Origin: Saccostrea cucullata
Taxonomy: Eukaryota
Length of the DNA stretch: 64,000 nt
Direction: 5' to 3'
Assembly (NCBI RefSeq): GCF_032062105.1
Contig: NW_026933134.1
Location: forward strand, 372,001-436,000
Shown: positions 42,486-55,400 of the stretch, piece after piece
Layout: the number at the start of each line of letters is the position of its first letter
How positions within the stretch are numbered: position 1 is the first letter of the stretch
Translations under genes and position numbers: made by a program
The notes under the pieces: model-generated
Database searches by the model: none
What the model was told of the DNA's origin: nothing
Seen by the model: the letters and a program-made list of their open reading frames with translations, nothing else

Positions 42486-43330
42486 TACAAGGGTGTTCAA
42501 TAAAAAATGTCCTTGATGCTCGGATAGAAACAAAAACGATTTTAATGATGTAGTCTTAATGATTTCACTTAAATATTCTCTTTTAATTAAAACATATTGC
42601 CCGACACATTTTTATCTAATTTCTGATTGTTTTTAGAAAAAAATTCTGAGTATGGCCCTTCATTTACTGGAATATAGCAGATCCTATGATTTCCTGAACT
42701 TGTTTCTTTTTTCTGAAAGGTGTTTTTTTTCAAGTTTGGCAAATGAAACAAGTCAAAGGATGAAAGATTTGGCGAATATTGATATGACAAAATATTAGCG
42801 TTCTGTTTACCCCCAAACCCCTTTACTCTTCCTAGCGTGTGGGTTTAGACGCTGTTATGAAGAAATGTAATGTAGAGGATTCCTTATTCTGGTTCCATCG
42901 TCTTATAAACCTGTCAATTTTTTGGCAAAAATTTTGCTTTTTACACTCCTCCAGAAATTGAATTGCCTCCCTAAATAATAATTTGAACAACAAGACCACT
43001 AATATTTGTGAAAATAGCATATAAAACTGTCTTTGCGCTCTTGCAATCCTTAGCTCTTTTCCAGACCTTTGCTGTTTTTGTCAAGTGCATCTTATTGTTA
43101 ATTTGTTTTGAGGGTATAAGGCAATGGATTCAAGTTTCCTTATCTGTTTGAATTTCAGACAAATGTCGAAAACTACAATTTCTGATTTTTTAAAATAATT
43201 GTTTGGATATTCTTACACGCTGTCATTTTCACTCATTATTTAAAACAAAGGGTGAACATTGAGTACCAAGCTTTTATACTGTCAAATGTTTCTTTAAAAC
43301 AATGTGAACTACTCTCAAAAAGATGCCTAT
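42486..43330 (-). mobile_element. Fossil mariner (Tc1/mariner) transposon
   Basis: The - strand reads YSPNLSSFDLFHLPNLKK, a degenerate YSPDLAPxDFxLFPxLK motif. A mariner-like end TA|CAAGGGTGTTCAATAAA sits at 42486. Many stops and frameshifts; the other end was not identified. Confidence 0.7.
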
Positions 43331-43890
43331 CAAATTTGCTATGTCCATGTGTTGTAAAGTCAATCAAACATCATCAGCTTTAAATTGTTGAATTTTGGCA
43401 AACAGTACATTGGTTGTTGCAAGTCCTTGTCGCCAAGGAGGGTACCCATTTTTGATGCCCATTATATCATTTTTGTTCATTGAAATCCATCTGCTTATGT
43501 GTCTATGAAAAAGACACTGGTTGCTGTGAATTTCACATACTTTTATGAATATGTCTATAAGATTCTTAACAAGTTTTACAGCAACTTTAAGGAAGCATGA
43601 ATTTCACTCTGGTTCACTGATTCTCTACCATTCATTTTAATGCAGTGTCTCGAATAGCCCTTGTTTTCCAGCTTCTCACAATGAAACTATGTGATGAAAA
43701 GTGGTCATATAAACTGTTATCAATTCATTAAAGATTCAAGCATAAAAGAAAGTCAAGTTTAATGTCATATGATTTCTATTTTGTATGTCATATAGTCCAG
43801 GACATTATTTATTAAACAGCCCTCGTACACGCTGAATTTTCGACGAATTTTCCCGTTATTTTCCGATCATGACAAGGAGCACAATGCAGT

Positions 43891-44046
43891 TGTGACCGGT
43901 CGGCAGGGGATGCTCTCTTCTCCATGGCACCTGATCCCACTCTGATGTTTTAGAGGTCCGTATTTGCTCTGCTCCTAAATTGCAACATTAAAGTTGGGAT
44001 CAGGTGTCAGGGAGGAATAAGCCCCCCCCCGATAAACAGTCACACC
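43891..44046. repeat. Two inverted copies of a dispersed repeat end (TGTGACCGGTC...GGCACCTGATCCCAC); further copies near 47870-47950 and 48595-48690
   Basis: Forward copy at 43891-43947 and reverse copy GGGATCAGGTGTCAGGGAGGA...GTCACACC at 43993-44046. Confidence 0.6.
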
Positions 44047-44381
44047 CACCGCATGCTCCTTGTCAGGACTGGATAAACGAAAAAAAATCACTAGTCAATT
44101 CAGTACGAAAATACACGCATGCTTGCCCAATAATTTGTATGAAAGATACGCCAGTCGACACTCGACCTATTGACAGATTGCATTCTCAAACAAGGACGTA
44201 TTATCCTCCATAGAATATGCAAAATAATGACTTCAAAAGAAATTTCTACACTATCTTGCAGATGCAAAAAGTGTTAATTGTACCCCAACACACGTTAAAG
44301 CACTCCGAAGTGCTTAGTGTAAAAGAAAGTCGTATACTAGTATTTGGAGGAAGTGGAACATATTTTGCAATGAACATATTA

Positions 44382-44548
44382 CTGTGGAATCATTTTTTAA
44401 TCGTGGGTGTCAATGTTCGTGGGTAAGCAAAATTTTACTTGTTTGTTGTGACGTAATTTTGTGGGTTACTCATTTGTACGGTAAATTCAATGAATTTATA
44501 TGCTAGTATTTAATGCACGAACGTTCAAGAACATTAATGACTCCACAG
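44382..44548. mobile_element. Degenerate MITE (CTGTGG...CCACAG ends), similar in style to the 8216 element
   Basis: TA|CTGTGGAATCATTT ... TAATGACTCCACAG, with internal TCGTGGG repeats. Confidence 0.65.
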
Positions 44549-45630
44549 TCTTAAGTTTATCTATTTCAATAAGGAGCTGAATATACACTGTACATTTTTT
44601 AAAAAAGAGTTTTTGTGTCTAAACTTTGGTACACTTGACATTAAGACAGCAACATTTGAAAAAAAAGAAACAACCTTTAACTCATCTGAAAAGACCAAGA
44701 ACAGCACTTACCGTCTATTGATTTAACTTAAACAATTGCATGTGAGCACAAGTCAAAGTTGTTGCTTCTACAGTGCTTAGAATACATTTCAATTTGCAAT
44801 TTGCAAGCTTTTAGAAGGATATATTACTTTTGACTTTTACAAAGCTTTTCAAGGTACATGTATTTCATAATTTGAAATTTGCAAGCTTTTAGAAAATATA
44901 TTAGTTTTAACTTTTACAAAGCCTTTCAAGATACATTGTATTTCTTTTTCTTTAGTTTTTTTAAATACACAGACACTATGAGGGTTGAAAAGATAATGAA
45001 AAAACGCGCACACTTTTCTTGGAAAAAATAACCTTTCAGACTTACCAATATGTTGTTGCCTTTAACCTGTACAGGTAAGGTACATAAGAAAATAGTCATC
45101 GAGAAAAGTCTTATGTTTAATGCAATCAAAATATAAAATAGTTACGTTGTTGCATTGGACAAATACTTTACCAGTTGAACACCATGCTATATTCCCCTTT
45201 GAGAATAAAACATGGTATGTCTGGTAAAGCATTTGCTATGCAACAGCGAATATCATTGCACCAAACATGCACAAGATGGGGTTCGGAATAATTTACTTTA
45301 CTTATTTTTAAATTAAAGGGTATTTAAATCCAAAGTATCCTTGTTAATTTCATAATTCCTTTGACTTAACAACTACTGAAGCATATAAAACTTCCCTGTT
45401 TCAGTGTATTCTGGTGAAGAGAGTGCCAAATTAAAGGTCTGCCCAACCTTGCGTCTTTTGCCTAGTCTTTTTGTACCTGACAACTACGAAGTAATTTACA
45501 GGATAGGTTGTGTCGTAATATATTACTTGGAAGATCTATTTAGATGGCATGAATGTTCAAAAATTCATCTCTTGCTGGCCATTTGGCTTTTTCCAGTTTT
45601 TACATGGAAAGAGATCTCGTTTTCGGTAAG

Positions 45631-45662
<32 letters not shown>

Positions 45663-46867
45663 AACTCATACTTTTGCAAAAAATATTCATATTCTGCAAA
45701 TAATTACCCTTAATTAACAAGTTAAAGGTGTTTAACACTTTACATTTATAAAAAACAGGGACACAATCTAAAATTTCAAGTAAATGTTAGAAGGCATTAG
45801 AAAAATTCCAGTGTACTATATGGATACATGTACAGCTGAGAGTGTTTATCAAGAATAAAGGAATATCTTTATGTAAAGACTACCTGGTATTTCTACTGCG
45901 CATCATTCTTTATATTTCATTGCCCCTGAAATAATTTTTTCCATCTTTAATACAAAGCCTTTTTTTATATTAACAGAAAAACTTTTAAACATAAAGTACA
46001 TGTCTGCATGTTTTTATTTTCGATGCACCTGGTATATCTTCATTAAAAAGAAATGCCCTGTAAGAAAACTTTCATATGTCTCGGGAAAAGTTATGTGCTA
46101 TAGCGTATTTGAAATCTTGCTGGAAATCATATTTTAAAATTAGATATGAAATATTATTTCTATGTAACCTTTTGATAATCAATTGCTTTTTAAACATAAA
46201 TATTACTTCTTTGAATAATGATCTAACAAGATAATAAATAGTATTTAGTCTTTTGGAATTTAAAAGCTTTATAAAATCATATCTAAGATTTTTCTCTGCA
46301 GTACAACATTCAAAGGATACCTTTTAAAGAATATAATTGGGCAGTACGCTCTTTCATTAAAAACCTGATTGATTATCATGCATTTACTGGTGTCTACAAT
46401 GCATTTGGTGCTGAATAACTAAAGTCTTTTAAATTGAATTCTTCGAGGTTGAATTCTGAATAATGGAACACATGACATGTTTGTGAATAGGAAATCTGAG
46501 TTTCATGTAAATGTTCATGGTTACGACAATCATATAATTTATTTGCTCTTTAATTTTTTTTTTTGTGAGTTGGAAATTTATTATGTTTATTTTGTGAATT
46601 TTTGTTTAAATTCAAGAGAAATCAGAATAATTCTTTTTGCCTGAAGTATACGTTTATTTTTATGTTATATCATGCTCCAAAAATAGATATTATGAATTAA
46701 AGTAAAGATTGTATATCTTCAAGAAGACATACCATTTTTGGTTAAAAATGGTCATAATGTATGTACATGTATTATAAAACAGATTTATCCACAAAAATAT
46801 TTGAAATTAAAAGTCCAGTTTTAAGATAAAATATGTTTTTTTCTATTCCACTTTTTTTTTTTTTTGT

Positions 46868-46960
46868 TTGTGCTGTATGTTGTTTAACGACTCTCTCGAG
46901 AATTTTTCACTCATATGCAGACGCCACCATTTGGCCGGTGGAGAGCTCCAAATTTTGTAC
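46868..46960 (-). mobile_element. 3' fragment of the same SINE as 31622-31931
   Basis: ATGTTGTTTAACG.C.CTCTC...ATTTTTCA...AGACGCCACCA.TTG.CCGGTGGAGAGCT.CAAATTTTGT is shared with 31641-31721. Confidence 0.8.
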
Positions 46961-49429
46961 TTTACGATTGTTGTATTGTTGCTAGATTTGTTGAACCATT
47001 GTGTTTGGGTAAGATTACAGCATCAGTGCTGTTTCCAAATAGGGTTCATACATTTATTTTATCCTTTAGAATATTATCCCTGTGGGTTTTATTACAAAAC
47101 TCTCCTTTATTCAGGAATAATTAGCATAAAACATGTATAGGTATTTTATGAATCAGGTTGAAATATGATATGAAGGTTAGTTTTTCTTGAACGTTTTTTT
47201 TTTCTTGGTAATTTTATTCCGAGAAGCGCTTTTTAGAATATGAGTTAACATCTTGATTACAAGTATAAATGAATAGATAACGATAATGATAATGGTCTTT
47301 AAACCAGTTATGGAACGACTATAGTAAGATATATAATAAAATATCAATTACCGTGCACTGACAGATTTTTTTGTTCTATTTAAATCTATGTATTGTTTTA
47401 ATTGTCGGTCATTTCTGCCTCATTAAAATTCTTGCTATCATGTTGTAAAGTTCTAATTGACAGGGTGGTGATCAATGCAAATTTAATGACAATTTAGCAT
47501 GTTGTAAACTTTGCATTTACCACCACCATCTAGTAAATGACCATTTTATTTTACATATAATTACATCTCATTACAATATTACTATGAAATAAGATGAATC
47601 ATGAAGTTGAAATTTATTGCGTCTTCAAAATTTATCCAACAATAATAGGGGTAACTTGAATCCACCAGCGATAATAGCTGAAACTGGATTTGTCTTGTTT
47701 TCTAAATTAATGTCATGAACAGAAGCCGAAATTTCTTTTTCTTATTTAAGTAATTTTGATATTTTCTCCATTTATATTTTGTGCAAGTTATAATTAATCA
47801 TTTTTTTTTTCAAATATCTATTAATTTGAACTCTTCCAGTTGCCTGATCAATACATAAGACTGTATTTCGGGTGTGACCGGTTCGATAAGGACCGCTTTC
47901 TTCTTGTAGACACCTTATCCCACCACTGGAATTCCCAAAACTTTGCCCTGTTTTAAGTTTTACATTGTTTTAAAATTGTTGCTTTTTTTAGATTAATGAA
48001 TGTTTAACACCGTCTTTAAATTATACATAAAAAGTCTTTTACAATGACAAAATTACAATCATCAATTTTAAAATTAATATAATAAATTTTTTTGGAAATT
48101 TCAAAGATCTGTGTAACCTATTAAGGATGTTGACAACAATGTGTTGTCTTGTAAACGTAATTCCGCAAGGACGCAACTTACAAGGTGGTTGTAAAATACA
48201 CTTAAATATAAACTTCTTCTTACATGCATGTCCATATAAAATGTCTTTTGTTTGCATGGTTCTTTCAGTAATAACGATATAGAGCAGATCATTTAAATGT
48301 TCCTCTTTAAATATCAAGTTTCGTTTGAAAGTTGAATGTCAAAAGATTGTGGAGTGTAAGGTAGAAACTATAGGAGATAATGAAGAATGATATGAGGATA
48401 ATTTGAATTATTTTCGGAGCTCTAAAAATACAGTATGCTATTATCTTTAGTCTAATCTCTTCTTGACTCGAGAATATAAAGATTCTAAATATATTGGCAG
48501 AACATGCTATTTCTTTCCTTTTCAGAGATATATGCATTGATATGTCTATCGTGCAATAGATAATGTATGCACAAATCAAAAGGCAAGGAGCACACGGCGG
48601 AATGTGACCGGTTGACAGAAGAATGTTTACTCTTCAATGACACGTGATCCCACCTGTGATGTTTTTGGAGGTTTGTGTTTGCTCTGCTCTGCGAAAATTT
48701 AATTGTATGTGGCAAACCTATAACACATGATCTCTCTAATATAGTTAAAGTAATAATAAATATAATCCAAAAGAAATTTAAAAAAAAACATCATAATTAA
48801 AAATTCGGGAATTATATATCTTACAGGAAAAAAAGTTCTTCAACTTTAATTTAGATGAAAAGTTTAAATTTGAATGCATTGGAGCTTTGATAAGGTATGA
48901 CTAAAATAAAATTAATGCTAACAAAATGTATGATTTTTAAGAAAATCATCTACTCGCAGTTGCTGTAAAATGAAAATATGAAAACTAAAAATAATTTTAT
49001 CTGATATTCACTGTTTTCAGACTACTCCCTGCCCTTCAAAAATGTATTTTTGCATGTATCTTGGTGGGTATTTCATACAGTCTTATGAGGTAAGCCTTTG
49101 AAAATGATAAATAGTAACAGAAGAAACAGTAAGTATACAAATGTCAAATAATACAAATGTCTGCAAAATGTGGTGTCTGCTTCCTTGTCCTTGTCTTGCT
49201 CATGTAAACGTTTAATTTAAATATTTAGTTTCAGGTTCCTTCAAATGTAAGTTTTCTGTTTGTGTCGTCTGCGTTTGTCTTGTGTCTATTTCGCTTCCTT
49301 GTCTGCTTTTTCCGTCTGTATGCTGAATGAATGGAGGAGTGAAAGGTTCATTTTAAACCATTTCTTTATTTCCAGGAATTGAAAACCAATAACATTTATT
49401 TTTCATGTATGAAAATTTTAATTTTCCAG

Positions 49430-52400
49430 CAACCACCCCGAATCCCTGCGTGGAGTACCGAGTGGGCCGGAATCTCTCGGAGGGATGTGGAAACCATAGT
49501 GACTCCGGGTACTGCGTCGATGATAACAGCGCATGCCTGCCTTCACCCGAAGGAACAGACTGGAAATGTATATGCATCAATGGCTTCTTCTCCTTTAACT
49601 CCTCCTGTGTTCCAGGTGCGTGATATATCCCATTAGATTTTTCTGGTCAAAGTCAACGATCTGTTAATTGTTATATTCAGCACTCAACACTAGATAATAC
49701 ATATGAACACTGTATGTATTGTCCCATATTGACATTATTTCTTCACGTAGTTGAAGTATTTATATTGGTTCATCTGAGTAACCTTGACTTTATGAAAATT
49801 GATATTTCTTTGGTATGTTGCTTCTAGAAAAATTTTATAGTTGATGTATATGACATGAAAATTTTAATATTTCAGTACCCGAGTCTTTATTTGATGATAA
49901 GAACATTTCTCTTGGAATATTTACAACAGACAGAGTCGTGTCTATCAGTAAAAGCAGTACCAAAGATTCAGGTATTTAAAATCATTTGTATGGATAGGAG
50001 CAGTAGAAAAAAGTTTGCATTATCCACTGCCAACTTTCTTGTAAAGATATCTCATAATTTTTTGCTACTACGTTATTATCATAAAGTATAGAAAAATGAT
50101 GGATGGATGGATGAATTTCTAACAGAAAAAATTATATTTTTATCTCAGAAAAATATTTTTTTTGGAATAGGACTTGTATGTTTGCAAGTTATTCCTTAGT
50201 TAAAGACATTTGCTGGTATTAAAGATTTCTCACTTAATACTGGTAGTTGTTATTACTCATAATAATTCATACTCATTCGCAGAACACTACTTCAACTTTG
50301 GAGATGATGTACAAGCACTTGATACAAATAACGGCGATTGCACTCTTAAAACCCTGGAATCTGGATTCGGTTGCTTTTTGAATAATACAGGAATAATTGT
50401 GAAGATTGAAAAATTTCTAGAAGATAAATTGTATCACGTGATTGCCCACGTGACTGTTTTTATCGGACCAGAAAAAGCTAAAGTTGAGGATACCTTAGGG
50501 ATATCATTTGATATTCAAACAATTAGAGAAAACCAGACAATAATTTTAGCTGATGGAATAATGAAAGACACTCTTGTTACCAAGGTAGATTTGGTGTCGT
50601 ACGAAACGAGTCCATTTTTGTTTGGTGATGTAAGTTACTTTCATATGGATTCAAATGGAATTGTGAAAACGAATTGGACAATATCATTGGACGACCACGA
50701 TCCAAAACTCATTTCTAAACTATTTATTACATATGCTTACACAGATCTTTTTATAGGAATCGTTGTGTACAAAAAGGAGTATAAAATGGACATAAACGAG
50801 AATACTAATGAAACTGTGATTTGCATAACTGCACCGAATGTTGACAGTACAATTCTACAGCCGCATGACTTTGTTGCTTTACAATCTAATGGTTCAGTGG
50901 TGGTTCAGAAACCTTTTGATTATGAAACGATCAAAGAATACAAATTTTCTGTGTTTAGCCAATACAATGGTCAAAATTTTACAACCGATGTAACATTAAA
51001 CATCGTTGATCAGAATGACGTAATGCCTTCATTCACGTCAACTACATATAATTTTAAAGCAATACAGTCGGATTTCAGTACCGTGGTGGGTGTAGTTTCA
51101 GCCTCAGACCCAGACACAGTGGGAAGCCTCGAATACAACATAACAGGAGATTCGAGATTTTCCATCAGCCCTTCTGGTGTGATATCCTTGACAAACGCAC
51201 AGAGGAATGGTAACGCTACAATTACCGTGTCAGACGGAAAGCTACATAATCAAGCATCTGTTAACGTTGAAGTCATTCCTGTTGTTACCAACGACACACA
51301 CTCACAGTTCAATTTTACTTGTGAGGTCTTAGAAAACCAATCCACAGGAACCTTTGTTTGTAATATAAGTATCAGTGGGTACACTGATTACATATTCGAC
51401 TTGCCAGATGCACAGAATTTCTTCAACCTCAATGCAGAAAACGTAAGAATATCTGACAAATGTAATTTTACAAGTAAATTTGCAGATGGTTTTTTGCAAA
51501 TAATTTCTAGCAATCAAAATTTTTTCAAAGGGTTAAAAAGGAGAAGCTATTAATATCATCCATTGCACTTGCAGGGCCAAATTTCAACAAACGCTAAAAT
51601 CGACAGAGAAACAAAGCCTTCATATAACTATTCTGTCTTTGCCAAAGAAGAAAAGCGGTCATGCAAATTTGCTGTAAGTAACAGGATATGTATATAAGTA
51701 TTTCATATATGTACAATGTAATTATTCATTGTGTTAGAATTCAATAATTCAACATATTTTTATTTCAAATTTTCAGAGCATCCAGGTTCAGATTTTGGTG
51801 AAAGATGAAAATGATAACCCACCATTATTTGAAAGAGCAACGTACGTCGGAACAATAAAAGAACATTCAGCAAACGGTACAATAATACAGGTGAGCCTTA
51901 AACTTTTACATATAATGCATATTTTCTAAAGTTTACCGTGTGTAATTGATATTGTATTTCAATTATAAATTGATAACATTCTTGCACATGCATGTTTGCA
52001 TGAACAACACCTTTACATGTTTTTGACCTTTGAACTTTAGCTGGATCATCCTATCAGTGCCACGGACAGAGACGTGAATTCGGTGTTCACATACAATATA
52101 TCTGGAGATGCCTTTGATATCGATGCTAGTACTGGAGAAATTTCCTCATTGAAAGTTTTAGACAGGGAAGGAAAAGAATATTACGACCTTATCCTAGGAG
52201 TGTTTGATGGAGTACATGCTACTACTTCAAGTGTTCGAATTTCAGTAGCTGATATAAACGACAATCCACCAATACTTCCAAGTACCACGTAAAACAAAAT
52301 TGTCTATTAAGGTTTTTAAGAACATTATACTATATAAAAAATTTTCTAGGTAATTTTTTTTTTTGGAAAAAGGTTAACATTAATGACAATTGAATTTGAC

Positions 52401-55400
52401 TTAAAGTTATAAAGTATTTTGTGTTCGGCTATAAATAATCATTTACAAAATCATTAAAAAAATATTGTTGGGTCAACTTAGGGTCGGTTGGGAAAACTTT
52501 TCTGTTCGATTTATGAAATATTTTTTGTTCACAAAGATCATTTAACCAAACTGAGAGTCTTTTCTATAGGTTAAAATATATAGGTTTCTTTCATTTATCA
52601 AATTACATATATTTTTCTCTTGATAGGTTCTCCATTCCAGAGAATGCTTCGGTAGACTCAAACATAGGACAACTTCATGCAACTGATAATGATAAAAATA
52701 TAAATGCAGAACTTTTTTATAGATGTGCTTCGGAGTATTTCAAGATTAATTCAACTGGTATGCTGAAAGTGGGTCGTGAACTTGATAGAGAGACAATAAA
52801 TCACCATGTATTTAACTGTGCTGTCTGTGACAATGGAAAACCTTCGCCACTTTGTGCAACATCAGAGATCCAAGTGAATATATCAGATATCAACGAAGAA
52901 CCTAGGAAGAAAAACGATGGAAAGGTATTCAGTGTACCAGAAACGTCTAATTGTTTAAGTGTTTGGAACATGGCGTCCTTCTTCGAGGATGATGATCTAG
53001 GCAGCAATAGTGAATTAGAATTTAGGATTTTGAGGTAAAAAAAAATATATTAAATTTTAAAATAAAAAAAAAAATTATTAAAATTTTAAATTTTTCTAGG
53101 GATTTTGATAATTTTTTTAATTAATTTTTTCTGTTATATTTATTGTTTTAAAAATTCACAAATTATTCAAACTTTACAGTCTTTGGGAATTTTTGGAAAA
53201 TCGCCAAATTATTACAAAAATTGTTTCCCCTCCATTTAATTCTTTTTCATTCAAGTAAATGAAAGTAAATGTAAGCCACCAAATTGTGATATATTTTCCA
53301 TCTCGATGGTCAAACGCCAAATACCTCTAAAATTGCCATATTGTAAAAATCCAAGTTTGTGACGTATGAAACCGCAATAAGTAAAATCACATTTTCATAT
53401 CAGTAGGAGTTACAAATAATGTTAATTTTGTATTAAAATTAAAATAAAATTCATGAAATTAAAAAGCTGCGCAAAGTGATGCGCACTCGAATTAGACTCG
53501 GCCTCGTTAAGAGAAAAGCATTTCTCCTCCATCTAATTCTTTCTTTTTAAGCCACAAACAATACAATTTATGTATTGGTTGAAGATGTGAACGATAATAC
53601 ACCAATTCCAAGCGAAGATAAGGATTTCGAAATTATCTTTTACAGGTAAGACATCCTAAGGTTACTGTTGCACAGAAATTCTTTTGGTTTGTTATTGTAA
53701 TGTTAGGATTTCAAACCTCTTTTTAAAAAAAAATCATTTAATTAATGTGATTAGTAGTTAATATTTCTGTTCAGGATTTGGAACTTTTAATTTCTAAAAT
53801 ATCTATTTCAATAGTGGAGAATGTAAATCTGGCGGATGTTCCAAGCTGGTGGCGCTTATAACGGCTAGTGACGCTGACACTGGTATAAATGCTGAATTGC
53901 TTTTTCAAGAGTTTGGTGGTAGTGCAGCATCATTTCTCGAGGTGGAGAGAGATACGGGATTAGTTTCAGCAATATCTCAACCAAGTGGCAACGGAGTCTA
54001 TCAGTACACAGTTATCATCTCTGACAAAGGAACCCCGCCACTTAATGCTACGACCACTATTTCACTAAATGTGACTATTTTAAAGGATACCGGATCAGAT
54101 ATCATCCCGATTTTCCCGACTGATAAACTTGTCTTTAACTGGACGGAAAACGTTGAGTTTTCAGCGCCTTTCATATATCTGAAGAACTTTACTACTGATG
54201 AAACACCATCAAGTGTCACCTTTCATACACCAAACTATATCCATGCTGATTTTTATCTTGATGATAACAACACGGAGCTTTTTGTTAATACAACAGCTCT
54301 TCAGATCAAGCAAGGAAATTCTTCGTTTTTTGACAGAGAAAAACGAGCACTATTCCGCTTTATAGTTCAAGCCAAACTGTCACAATATAGCATGCTGGCT
54401 GAAGTAAGTAAAATCTTCCTTCTGAAATTATTTTAATTTCTTTGAATTGCTAGCCAAGTACTATTTCAAATTTTATCTTACAATTTTTTTATTATTTTGC
54501 TGCATTGTCTCAAAATGGCAAAGCCGACTTTAAAACTGCATTAATGCCAGCTTACTGTTTACTTTTCAATAATATAAAGTTATCTGTTTTCTGAATCACT
54601 TTTTTTATATATCTCTCAAAATTCATATTGCAAAAATTTTCACTAGCTCATCCATCATTAATAATTTTTTTTGTAGTTAATTATTAATATCCTTGATGTG
54701 AATGACAATCCTCCAGAATTTATCAGTAAAACACCTCGAGTGGTTCTCATCAGAGAGGACGCCATAAATGGCACCGGGCTAGATGTCAGTTTGGAGGCGA
54801 CTGATATAGATGAAGGAGAGAATGCGGTTATAGCTTACAGGATATCACAAGAAGGTGGAACTTTTTGATACCAAAAGTCGTGTATCTTCAAATGATTTTT
54901 TTTACCCAATCTTGCATTATATTACCAAAGAAGATTATTTTCAGTTAATTGTTATCTCTTTTGTTGTTTTTAACAAAAATAATAGTATTTTCGGAAAAAA
55001 ACATTGGTACCTTTTTGAAAAAAATTTAAAAAGAATAAAAAATATATTTGGTCATTGCAAGATGAAATAATACCATGAATAGTACGTAACGACATTTAAT
55101 TCTAAAAATGGTACTCTTCATTGCAGAATGTGGCGGTGTATTCCAGTTAAGGAATACTAAAGATATCTACCTCAACGGGGAACTTGATTATGAAACGATA
55201 CCAGTCTGTTCTTTGACCATTAAGGTAATATTTTACTCTAACTTATATATTTAGTATTTTAAAAAATATATTGTTTAATACTTGAGCTGATAATGCTTTC
55301 TTTTAGCTTTAATTTTTGATATGTTTTCACATTATACGACTGATCTTTATCTATATATATTTAAAGGTGTATAACCCAAACAAAGAAGAGATGAATTCTG

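Noticed and set aside
44790-44945. Two-copy ~79-bp tandem duplication (similar small duplications near 28455-28575 and 34965-35100)
   Set aside because: Real but ordinary local duplications with no sign of function.
36940-48700. Hammerhead ribozymes associated with Penelope-like fragments
   Set aside because: No convincing CTGANGA...GAAA core with flanking stems was found by eye; a covariance-model search would be needed.
45405-49246. Definite 5' coding exons and signal peptide of the cadherin (45405-45625, 48827-48894, 49021-49089, 12-nt microexon 49235-49246)
   Set aside because: Splice sites look good and LLPALQKCIFACILVGISYSL is signal-like, but I could not join them in phase to the 49430 exon with a start codon. 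Left unresolved.
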